A DNA stretch of 64,000 nucleotides, taken from NCBI GenBank assembly GCA_964535955.1, contig CAZHVK010000003.1, positions 1 to 64,000 of the forward strand. Direction: 5' to 3'. Positions within the stretch are counted from its first letter, which is position 1, and each line of letters opens with the position of its first letter. The position numbers were made by a program, and so were the translations under genes. Positions 53,386 through 62,161 of this stretch are shown piece after piece. Source of the stretch: an uncultured Methanosarcinales archaeon (GTDB lineage Archaea > Nanobdellota > Nanobdellia > Woesearchaeales > CAXGTL01). The notes below the pieces were generated by a model that ran no database searches, had not been told where the DNA came from, and saw only the letters and a list, made by a program, of their open reading frames with translations.

Positions 53386-54759
53386 TTATTGTTTCTTCTT
53401 ATTTATAAACTTTTCTTTCACAACCCAGTCAAACTGCTTCTTAAATATCATGCACCTTCCAGATTTTGAAATAGGCCCTATTATATTACCATGCTCTTCA
53501 TAATTGCAAACAGGACAAACACCACAATAAGGTTTGTAAACACAACCATCACATATATATTGGTCATTTATTGAAGCATTGACAAGGACACAAGATTTAT
53601 CGCAACCAATTATATTTTTATATTTATTTGACTTAACATTGCCTAATAAAAACATATCATCACCAACCATTCTTGCCTCATCACAAGGATAAATATCCCC
53701 ATTATGATTATAAGCTAGTTGTCCAATAACAGCACCACAAGGAGTTCTCAAATCAAGATAATTAAAATCAAACTCAGTGTTTATTTTTTTATACATCATG
53801 CCAACCATTCTTTCATTTATTTTTATACCTTTTTTCTTTAACTCCTCAATATAAGTCACAGCTTTTATCCAAAAATTCATATATTCCTCAACAGAAGAAT
53901 TAATTGAGGTCCATGTTTTTTTAGCAACACCAATTTTATTTAAAAATCTAAGATGAATAATCCCTAAACCTAATTTAACATATTCATCAACAATTTCTTT
54001 CGGAGACTTCATACTTTCTCTTGTCAATGTAACTAAAGCATTGATTTGTTTATCCTTAATATTTCTTTTATTATATTCTTCATTAAATATTTTTATCCAT
54101 TTAACAACCTGTTCATAATTACTCTCTTCTGCAAATTTTCTATTATGATCATGAAGTTCTTTAGGACCATCTAGAGAAGTGCACACACTAACATTATGAT
54201 TAATCAAATAATTCATTTTTTCATGGTTCATATCAACCATATTTGTTACCATTGTAATTTCTAATTTTCTTTTTTCTTTTTTATTCTTTTCTTGTGCATA
54301 TTCTGTAATAAATTTAACAACATCCCAATTTAATAATGGTTCTCCACCCTGAAACTCTATTGTTAAATAACTGCTCTGGCTCTGAAAAATAAAATCAACT
54401 GTTTTTTTTGCAGTTTCTTTATCCATATCATATTCTTTTTTGGTCATAGGCCTTGAACTAGCCTGACAATAAACACAGTTCATATTACATCTTAAGGTTA
54501 CAACAACTATGTGCAAAGAAGTTCCTCTAAATAAAAAATTATATCTGTTTCTCATTAATCTCACTGTCTCATCAATATTTTCATTAGTTAATATTATTTC
54601 TCTTTGTTCTAATTTCTTCTTCAACTCGCCATTTATGTTGCCTTTTCTAAAATTATTAAATTCATCTTTAGTAAGAATAAGATAACTACCATGATCTGTT
54701 GTTAAAAAATACTTTTCACCAAACCTCTTAAACCTATAATTATTTATTTTATAATTCAT
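53386..54759 (-). CDS. hxsB: His-Xaa-Ser system radical SAM maturase HxsB
   Basis: YRFKRF...YFLTTDHG, TSLHIVVVTLRCNMNCVYCQ, IEFQGGEPLLN, SLDGPKELHD.NR, YLDLRTPCGA..GQLAYN..GDIYPCDEARM, SPASM Cys. Confidence 0.9.
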   Translation of the reverse strand: MNYKINNYRFKRFGEKYFLTTDHGSYLILTKDEFNNFRKGNINGELKKKLEQREIILTNENIDETVRLMRNRYNFLFRGTSLHIVVVTLRCNMNCVYCQASSRPMTKKEYDMDKETAKKTVDFIFQSQSSYLTIEFQGGEPLLNWDVVKFITEYAQEKNKKEKRKLEITMVTNMVDMNHEKMNYLINHNVSVCTSLDGPKELHDHNRKFAEESNYEQVVKWIKIFNEEYNKRNIKDKQINALVTLTRESMKSPKEIVDEYVKLGLGIIHLRFLNKIGVAKKTWTSINSSVEEYMNFWIKAVTYIEELKKKGIKINERMVGMMYKKINTEFDFNYLDLRTPCGAVIGQLAYNHNGDIYPCDEARMVGDDMFLLGNVKSNKYKNIIGCDKSCVLVNASINDQYICDGCVYKPYCGVCPVCNYEEHGNIIGPISKSGRCMIFKKQFDWVVKEKFINKKKQ

Positions 54760-54760
54760 T

Positions 54761-54976
54761 TTAAATAAAATTATTATTTTTCATCAAACCTAAAACATAA
54801 TTACAGAACTCCTCTTTTAAAAATTCAACATCCTGCTTAGGGACTAATTCAATCAAAAGTTTATCAGCAGACAAGTCTACACCCAAAAATTTACCATCAC
54901 AAACCTCTTTAAAATCGCACAAACCTTGTTCAACAACTTCTTTATTATAAAAATTTTTATTCAGTTGTATTATCAT
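54761..54976 (-). CDS. Small HxsD-like protein
   Basis: MIIQLNKNFYNKEVV...EEFCNYVLGL parallels the HxsD pattern; GAGGT SD before ATG 54976 (track start 55003). Confidence 0.65.
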   Translation of the reverse strand: MIIQLNKNFYNKEVVEQGLCDFKEVCDGKFLGVDLSADKLLIELVPKQDVEFLKEEFCNYVLGLMKNNNFI

Positions 54977-55424
54977 TTTGTTTATTAACCTCAGCTTTGC
55001 CATACTTTTCTTCCCAAGGAACAGCTATATCATCAGGATCGCTAAAATCAGAATCATCATCAAGCTCTTCTAATGATTCATCTAATTCATCATCTTGCAA
55101 AATAGAAGGATCATTTGTTATCAAAGCTCTTTGTATAATACTTTCCCTTATCTTCTTGGTTTTCTCAGCCCTATTATGATAATCAGAATAATTAACTAAT
55201 TCATTAAAAAATTCACCACCTAAAAACTTTAGATCTTTTTCATCTTTAGGAATAATTTTAACAATAATATTTGTTTTAGGGTCACCATCTAAAATAATAT
55301 AAGCAATATCAAGAAAAACATATGAAGCAGAATATATTGTTTGTAAACTATAAATTTCAGGATTTATGTTCAGAACTATATGTTTGCCTTCAATTTTAAT
55401 ATTATTTTCAACAGTATTATCCAT
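54957..55424 (-). CDS. hxsD: His-Xaa-Ser system protein HxsD
   Basis: INPEIYSLQTIYSASYVFLD..Y, EFFNELVNY, EKTKKIRESIIQRAL; acidic tail ending IAVPWEEKY. Confidence 0.8.
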   Translation of the reverse strand: MDNTVENNIKIEGKHIVLNINPEIYSLQTIYSASYVFLDIAYIILDGDPKTNIIVKIIPKDEKDLKFLGGEFFNELVNYSDYHNRAEKTKKIRESIIQRALITNDPSILQDDELDESLEELDDDSDFSDPDDIAVPWEEKYGKAEVNKQNDNTTE

Positions 55425-55435
55425 ATTTATCCCCT

Positions 55436-56455
55436 TTAATAAAGGAGATTCATTAGTACTATTAAAACATTTCCCTTAAAAATCAGGGTTAATAAAACAC
55501 CTAAAAAAATAAAAGGTGCAAAGGGGATTGTTTGGCTAATCTTTACATTTTTTAAACCAAGTTTTTTAATCCCTTGTATTTGTTCTTTTGTTAAACCTTC
55601 TGGTTCTACATCAATTTCTTTTATATTTTGTCCTAAAACCATGCCAAGCTTTAATCGATTGGTATTAACAGTTTTACTAAATATTTCTGAACCCAACTTT
55701 GAAATTGAGCCTGATAAAAAACTCCTAATAACTTTCCAAATTAGGACAATGATCAAAAAATTAATAGCAAAATCAATAGAATAAACAGATTTATCAACAA
55801 GTAATCGTATTAATGAAACAAAAACACTGACATAAAATGATTTATCTTTAAACTTACTTTGAATAAATGAAAAAACAACAAGAGTTAAAGCTACTCTAAC
55901 AAGATAATCATTTAATCCTATAAAAGAAAGTAATAATTGGATTATCCAAAATATTGCAAAAAGATTTACAACAGAAACCAACAATTGTTTTGGTTGAAAA
56001 AATTCTTTAAAAAAATCTAAAACAACATTCCCCACCATTTTTAGATTAGACTTAAACAACATCAAAAATAACATAATAATTAGGGCAGGGATATAGATAT
56101 TGATCAGCAATACAACAGATGGTATGAACTTTTGATAACCAATATTATATACAGATAATGGTAACAAAGCTGCAAAAGCAATAAATAATTTACCATCACC
56201 AGTTGTCCACAGTTTAAAATACCAAAAACCAAAACCAATCAAGACAACAAATATGAAATTTGTCAGTAGTTCAATAAGATAACCTAGACTTAACATAGAA
56301 TTAAAATAATAATAAGAGATTAATATTAAATAAACAATAAAAGTATAACATAAACTAAAAACAATCCATTTATTTCTAATCTTGCCAAACTTAATATCTT
56401 CATAACTTGTTATTAAACCCAACAATATGATTGCAGGTAAAAAATATATTATCAT
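55436..56455 (-). CDS. A24-family prepilin/preflagellin peptidase (PibD/FlaK-like)
   Basis: Both catalytic Asp motifs (SYEDIKFGKIRN and WTTGDGKL), polytopic membrane protein, C-terminal IPFAPFIFLG. Confidence 0.88.
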   Translation of the reverse strand: MIIYFLPAIILLGLITSYEDIKFGKIRNKWIVFSLCYTFIVYLILISYYYFNSMLSLGYLIELLTNFIFVVLIGFGFWYFKLWTTGDGKLFIAFAALLPLSVYNIGYQKFIPSVVLLINIYIPALIIMLFLMLFKSNLKMVGNVVLDFFKEFFQPKQLLVSVVNLFAIFWIIQLLLSFIGLNDYLVRVALTLVVFSFIQSKFKDKSFYVSVFVSLIRLLVDKSVYSIDFAINFLIIVLIWKVIRSFLSGSISKLGSEIFSKTVNTNRLKLGMVLGQNIKEIDVEPEGLTKEQIQGIKKLGLKNVKISQTIPFAPFIFLGVLLTLIFKGNVLIVLMNLLY

Positions 56456-56554
56456 CTATTCATAAGGTTATTTCTCTTATTTAAAAATTTTATCATGTTT
56501 TTTTCATAAAAACATAACAAAATTTATATATAGATAAATGATAAAATATAATGT

Positions 56555-57343
56555 ATGCGAAAAAAGAGTCAGATAACAATCTTTATTATAATTGGGATTT
56601 TATTACTTTTAAGTGTTTTTCTTATGTTTTATTATCTAAACTACAGCATACAAGAACCAATAGAACCAGATACAAACACACAAAACCAGCACATAATTGG
56701 ATTTATTGAAGGGTGTGTTGATCAAAAAGCAAAACAATCTCTTTTCTACCTAGGTTTTATAGGTGGTGACACAAAGATAAAAAAATTATCAACAAATGAG
56801 TATGAATTCCCATTCAAAGAGTATTATGAATATGATGAATATTATAAAATTCCATACCATTTTCATAATAATATCCCTATTATTGAATCAGTCCAAATAA
56901 AACAAATTCTAGAAGAATTCATGAATCAGAATTTTAAATATTGTATTAAGAATTTTGACAATTTTCAACAACAAGCTGTTTTTGATTTTGAATCTGAACC
57001 AGAAACAGATGTACTTATCAAAGATAAAGAAGTAATATTTAATGTTAATTTTCCAGTCAAAGTAGAAAAAACAGGTCAAAAAGAAATACTAGGCCCTGTA
57101 TTCACAACAAAAATTCCTTTAAGATTGAAAAAGATTGATGAGATAAACCGCCACATTATTGATGAAGCTAAAAAAGATTCATCTATCATCCATTGGCCTT
57201 ATCTAAAACAAATAACAGAACAAGATTTCAACATAACAGCATATCCTGGAAAACAAAACACAATTCTCTACAGAATCATTGATGAAAAATATAAGATTGA
57301 CAATAATGAGTTTGTATATCAGTTTGCTGTAAAAGTTAAATAA
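56555..57343 (+). CDS. Class III signal-peptide (pilin-like) protein
   Basis: MRKKS|QITIFIIIGILLLL; FIEGC...LGFIGG resembles the N-terminal domain of the 36398-39250 protein. Confidence 0.8.
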   Translation: MRKKSQITIFIIIGILLLLSVFLMFYYLNYSIQEPIEPDTNTQNQHIIGFIEGCVDQKAKQSLFYLGFIGGDTKIKKLSTNEYEFPFKEYYEYDEYYKIPYHFHNNIPIIESVQIKQILEEFMNQNFKYCIKNFDNFQQQAVFDFESEPETDVLIKDKEVIFNVNFPVKVEKTGQKEILGPVFTTKIPLRLKKIDEINRHIIDEAKKDSSIIHWPYLKQITEQDFNITAYPGKQNTILYRIIDEKYKIDNNEFVYQFAVKVK

Positions 57344-57355
57344 ATAAAAAAAACA

Positions 57356-59728
57356 ATGAAAACAAATAAAACAAAAACAATGTTTTGTATAATGATCATC
57401 ATAATTCTCATACTTAGTTCAATGGCCATGACAGCTGATGCACCTGCAGATGGAGGAGATAGCAATGATAATAGTGGAAGTGAAGGAACAAGTGATGAAG
57501 ACCAAACACTAACACATGAACAAGAAGCAGAAATAATGAGCCAACATAATGTAGGAATGCAGAAATTTGGAGAAGAAGCAATAATGGGAATACTTCCAAT
57601 GGTAATGGCAGGTGGTCAAGATGGTGGAAATTATGATCAAGTGCTAATGGGATTAGTAATGAAAGCAGCTGCATCAGTCAGATTAGGCACTTGCACAAAC
57701 TTAGGTGATTATGCTTCTTTGTTTATGGAAGGAGGTTGTATGAGTGATGCGTCAACAGCTTTGTTCAAAGTTTATGAATTAGTCCATAAAGGTAAATGTG
57801 AAGGTTGTGCTAGTTATTGGAAAGCAGAATGTGTAGGAGCAACAGTAGGCTATGCTGTATGTCTAAAAGCAGGTTTAGAAATTTGTGCAGCAGAATACAC
57901 TCTAGCAATACAGGCAACAGGACATCTTGTAAATGCATACAGACTTTCAAAAATAGCTAGTCAAGGTTTTGATGAAGCAACATGCCAAGAACTAGCAAGT
58001 TCATGCATGCCAGTCACAAACCAAGTAGGTGGTTTTATCAAATACACAGCAATGGCGAAGTGTGGAAATATCCAAGGCTTAATACAAGGTGCAATGAGTG
58101 GCGAATTAGCAGGATTATTCAGAAGCTCAACATACCAAGGTATTACAAAAAATCAGATAAAAGCTCAAAAAGAATTAGTAAAAGCTATACAAGAAAATAA
58201 GGATCTTGCTATAGTTCTTCAAGAATTTGATGATAAAACAGTTTCTGCACTTAGCTCCAACACATTAGAAGCATTATATGAAACAAATTCTAAGATTCCT
58301 GACTCATTTTCTCAATATATAACAGGTTCACAGATCACACCAAAATTAGCAGAATTAGCAGGACAAGAAGGAAGAACATCAGGTCAAGAATTCAATGAAA
58401 AGGCTGTAAGTTATTACAAAAAAAGATATGATCCTAATACAAGAGGAGGCAAACAACAACCAACAAAAGGCCCACTTGATTCTTTTGTCTCAGCAATTAC
58501 AAGTGAAAAATTTTTAATTCAATTAGCACAAGCTAAAATGCAACAAAGCCAACAACAACAAAATCAACAAGATTACCAACAAAGACCAACAGACCATGGT
58601 GTGAAATTAGTAGGAATTAGATACATTAAAAACACACAACCACAAGCAACAGATGCAGCAAACCAAGCAAATACAATTGCAGGTGCTGAAGTTGCAAATC
58701 CATCACCAACAACAGCAGCTGTTGTGCAAGACCAAGATAATCAACAAATAACACCAATCACACTTGATTCATCAGAATATGAAGAAAAAGGTGTGGAATA
58801 TTGTCATCCTAATAAAGCATGTTTATATTCAATGAATTTCTATTACAAAGAAATAGACTTATTACAATTTTATAAACAAGCACCAGCAGTAATACATAAA
58901 ATAGAAGATAATGAAAACCCAAACATATACATTGTAAAAGGTGAAGATAATAAAGAACTCAAAAACCTGGATGGTATAACTTATGAACTAGATAAACAAG
59001 GTGAAACAAAGATCTTAGCAACATACAAACTAGGTGCATTGATTCAAGATGAAGACCAGAACACAATCTGGCTTGCACCAGGAACCACAAAATATAAACA
59101 AGATGAACTACAACAAGATACAAATTATTATGAAACAAACACAAACTTTATGCACATTGACTCAGACATTGTTATAATGCCAACAAAAAGAAAAACATTT
59201 TCAGAATCAATAACAACAATAGGAACACAGCTTGGATTCAATAAAATAGGGATTAAGATAGGCGAACCATTACCAAGACCAGGTGAAAACAATGTAGCAA
59301 TCTATGACACAGATGATAAAGCAACAATTGCAACAAGAGGTGTTTATGCAAAGATAGACCTTATAGGTTATATAAAAGGAGAAGAACCAACACTAACACA
59401 AACAAACACACTAACAACAGCAAATGTAATAGCTCAAACAACTACAACTCCAGAATCAGGAGTATTAACAGCAGAGGTTATAGATAAACAAGTATATGGT
59501 AGTGCTGACATAGTTGATTTCATAGGAACTAAAGTCTATAAAGAATATGAAATAAAAGATGACAATAATAATTATTTAATAAAACCAAACACACAATCAA
59601 CAGAAATTCTAAACAAGAACAACAAAAAAATAATACAAAAAACAAATGACAATGGAATTACAAAACAGGATTTAACAAAATATCAAAAATCAATGTTAGA
59701 ACTTAAACAAACATGGACTAATCCTTAA
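57356..59728 (+). CDS. Secreted hypothetical protein with Cys/Ala-rich helical region and Gln-rich linker
   Basis: Signal peptide ending SMAMTADA; about ten Cys in aa ~110-240; QQSQQQQNQQ tract. Confidence 0.7.
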   Translation: MKTNKTKTMFCIMIIIILILSSMAMTADAPADGGDSNDNSGSEGTSDEDQTLTHEQEAEIMSQHNVGMQKFGEEAIMGILPMVMAGGQDGGNYDQVLMGLVMKAAASVRLGTCTNLGDYASLFMEGGCMSDASTALFKVYELVHKGKCEGCASYWKAECVGATVGYAVCLKAGLEICAAEYTLAIQATGHLVNAYRLSKIASQGFDEATCQELASSCMPVTNQVGGFIKYTAMAKCGNIQGLIQGAMSGELAGLFRSSTYQGITKNQIKAQKELVKAIQENKDLAIVLQEFDDKTVSALSSNTLEALYETNSKIPDSFSQYITGSQITPKLAELAGQEGRTSGQEFNEKAVSYYKKRYDPNTRGGKQQPTKGPLDSFVSAITSEKFLIQLAQAKMQQSQQQQNQQDYQQRPTDHGVKLVGIRYIKNTQPQATDAANQANTIAGAEVANPSPTTAAVVQDQDNQQITPITLDSSEYEEKGVEYCHPNKACLYSMNFYYKEIDLLQFYKQAPAVIHKIEDNENPNIYIVKGEDNKELKNLDGITYELDKQGETKILATYKLGALIQDEDQNTIWLAPGTTKYKQDELQQDTNYYETNTNFMHIDSDIVIMPTKRKTFSESITTIGTQLGFNKIGIKIGEPLPRPGENNVAIYDTDDKATIATRGVYAKIDLIGYIKGEEPTLTQTNTLTTANVIAQTTTTPESGVLTAEVIDKQVYGSADIVDFIGTKVYKEYEIKDDNNNYLIKPNTQSTEILNKNNKKIIQKTNDNGITKQDLTKYQKSMLELKQTWTNP

Positions 59729-60416
59729 CAACACCATTTATGACAAACTTATCAGACTTCTTAAACTCATTCAATTTGATTTTATCATAAACAACTTTTA
59801 AAGCCTTTTTTGCTTTGCTAGGGTGAGTTTTTAATGCAATCAAAAAACCAATCAAATCATGATAATATCTCATCTCTTTAACATTAGTTGCAAAACTAAC
59901 CATTGCAATCTTCACTTTAAACTTTCTGCAAAACCTAATATTTTGTGTCATCCTTGCAATAAGTCTAGACCTTTGAAAATCTTTAGAATAAAGTAAGGAA
60001 TTGAAATTAAAACAAACAATCTTATCTTTTTTCCTAGCCAGCCTACACAAAACTTGGTCCAAACCAGAATTAACAAAATGAGTATGTTCATTTTTATTAT
60101 TAATTTCAAGATTAAACACTAAATCAAATTTATTATTCTCAAAAACCTTTCGAATAATAGAATTATCTTTACCACCAGCATCAAATAAGCACAGATTACT
60201 TATCTTGCTAGCTTTTTGAATAGATTTATAATCACAAACAATCCCATATTTAAGTTTTATTTTAGTTTTTTCTTGTAATTTGTTTATTTTCTCAATATTT
60301 TTTTTATAATCTTTAAAAGAATAAACAAAGCACAAACTATCATAACCAAGCTTCTCACCAATCTTTATAAAAGACTGTTCATTGTTATTAGGTATAATTA
60401 TGTCAATATATGCCAT
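59718..60416 (-). CDS. rnp3: RNase P protein subunit p30
   Basis: PHP-like start (EKLGYD), IRKVFE, SGLDQVLCRLA, FNFNSLL, QNIRFCRKFKV, SFA....EMR. Confidence 0.85.
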   Translation of the reverse strand: MAYIDIIIPNNNEQSFIKIGEKLGYDSLCFVYSFKDYKKNIEKINKLQEKTKIKLKYGIVCDYKSIQKASKISNLCLFDAGGKDNSIIRKVFENNKFDLVFNLEINNKNEHTHFVNSGLDQVLCRLARKKDKIVCFNFNSLLYSKDFQRSRLIARMTQNIRFCRKFKVKIAMVSFATNVKEMRYYHDLIGFLIALKTHPSKAKKALKVVYDKIKLNEFKKSDKFVINGVVKD

Positions 60417-60492
60417 AATATAGAACAAATGCAAAATTATATAAAAAGTTAACCAAAAACTATTTAAAACAGCACCCTAACCTTAATTAAAA

Positions 60493-61086
60493 ATGGTTAA
60501 TATAAAAGAACACATACAAAAGGGATTTATTCACACAAGAGTTGTATTAGAAATAATTGGAAAACCAAAAGAACACGTTGAAAAAGCAATAAATGGATAT
60601 ATTGAAAAAATAAATAAAAATGAAAATTTAATAATAATAGCCAAGCAAGTATCAGAAATAAAGCAAGTAAAAGACAAAGATTTATTTAGTGTTTTCTCAG
60701 AATTAGAGATATTAGTAAAAGGATTTAAATCATTAACACAATTTTGTTTTAATTATATGCCAGCATCAATAGAAATTCTAGAACCTAATAGATTAATAGT
60801 AGATGCAAACAAAATGACAAATCTATTTAATGACTTTCAAGGAAAACTTCATAAAGCAGACTTTCTTGCAAAATCATTACAACAACAAAATAACCTTTTA
60901 GTTAAAAATTTTGATGGATTAATAAAAAACATGTTAGTTATTTTACTAAAAGATAAAGGGATGACACTTGAAAATATAAGCAGATATACAGGATTAAAAC
61001 CAGAAGACATAATAAAAATTATAGAAGGTTTAATAAAAGAGAAAAAAATAAGAAAAATAGGAGAAAAGTATTTTTACGAATTTTAA
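60493..61086 (+). CDS. Archaeal hypothetical protein with C-terminal winged HTH
   Basis: EIIGKPKEHVE, FSVFSELEI, YMPASIEILEP; C-terminal MTLENISRYTGL...LIKEKKI. Confidence 0.7.
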   Translation: MVNIKEHIQKGFIHTRVVLEIIGKPKEHVEKAINGYIEKINKNENLIIIAKQVSEIKQVKDKDLFSVFSELEILVKGFKSLTQFCFNYMPASIEILEPNRLIVDANKMTNLFNDFQGKLHKADFLAKSLQQQNNLLVKNFDGLIKNMLVILLKDKGMTLENISRYTGLKPEDIIKIIEGLIKEKKIRKIGEKYFYEF

Positions 61087-61087
61087 T

Positions 61088-61867
61088 ATGGATGAAAACA
61101 TAAAAAAAGTGGAGGCTGTATTGTTTTCAATAGGAAAAAAAGTTGTTATTGAAGAATTATCTAGATTAACAAACATAACAAACATAGATGACTTAAAAAG
61201 TATATTATTTCAATTACAAGAAAATTATGAAAAAAAAGATAGTTCTTTAATGCTTGTTGAAGACGGAAACTCCTGGAAATTAACTGTCAGAGAAAAATTT
61301 ATGCCTATGGTCCAAAACATTGTAACTGAGACTGAATTAAGTAAAACAGTTATGGAAACATTAGCAGTTATTGCATGGAAATATCCTATTTTACAAAGCG
61401 ATGTTATCAAAATTAGAACAAATAAAGCATATGATCATCTAAAGATTTTAGAAGAAAGTACATTTATTTCTAGAACAAAATTTGGAAGAACAAATAAAAT
61501 CAAATTAACAGACAAATTCTTTACATACTTTGATCTTCCTCATGACAGACAAAAAGCACAAGAAAAATTCCAAGGGCTTATTCCTGAGAGGGTTAGGAAA
61601 AAACTAGACAAAATAAAAAGAGACATAAAAAACAAGGAAAAAGAGCTTGTACAAAGAAAAGAAAAAATAAAAAAATATGAAGAAATAAGAAGAAAAGAAA
61701 GAAAAGAACAAGAAATGATTGACAAAGGTGATATTAATCTTGGTGATGAAGAAGATGTAGAGATTATGGAAGAAAAACAACAAGAAGTGAAAGATGAAGA
61801 ACAAGGTGATGAAGATTTAAAAGACAAAGAGGATGTACAAAAAGATGTTTTTACTAAAATGCCCTAA
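61088..61867 (+). CDS. scpB: SMC-Scp complex subunit ScpB
   Basis: VEAVLF, ELSKTVMETLAVIAWKYPI.QS..IKIR...AYDH, GRT....LT.KF..YF; charged tail. Confidence 0.9.
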   Translation: MDENIKKVEAVLFSIGKKVVIEELSRLTNITNIDDLKSILFQLQENYEKKDSSLMLVEDGNSWKLTVREKFMPMVQNIVTETELSKTVMETLAVIAWKYPILQSDVIKIRTNKAYDHLKILEESTFISRTKFGRTNKIKLTDKFFTYFDLPHDRQKAQEKFQGLIPERVRKKLDKIKRDIKNKEKELVQRKEKIKKYEEIRRKERKEQEMIDKGDINLGDEEDVEIMEEKQQEVKDEEQGDEDLKDKEDVQKDVFTKMP

Positions 61868-61985
61868 ATGCAAACAAAACATGAAATATCAATCTAGAAA
61901 TGCTTCTTTAACAAAAAAATCAAAGAGATGTGTGTATTGTGGAAGATCATTCAGAGTTTTAGACAGGATTGTTAAAAAAGTCTAA
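61845..61985 (+). CDS. Small zinc-ribbon protein (46 aa; below the ORF-track cutoff)
   Basis: Read manually: MFLLKCPKCKQNMKYQSRNASLTKKSKRCVYCGRSFRVLDRIVKKV; two CxxC pairs; alternative ATG at 61833. Confidence 0.7.
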   Translation: MFLLKCPKCKQNMKYQSRNASLTKKSKRCVYCGRSFRVLDRIVKKV

Positions 61986-62161
61986 AAATCAAACCCATTT
62001 TAGTCCTTATTAACAAATTCTAAGCTCATTCTAATTACCTTAAAACCTCAGATTAGGGCAATACACACCTTCTACCACACAAATGCAAACAGAACACTTA
62101 TAAAGACTAAAATATTTCTTATTATTGTAGGAATTTGTTCTTGACAAAGAGACGAAAGCTA

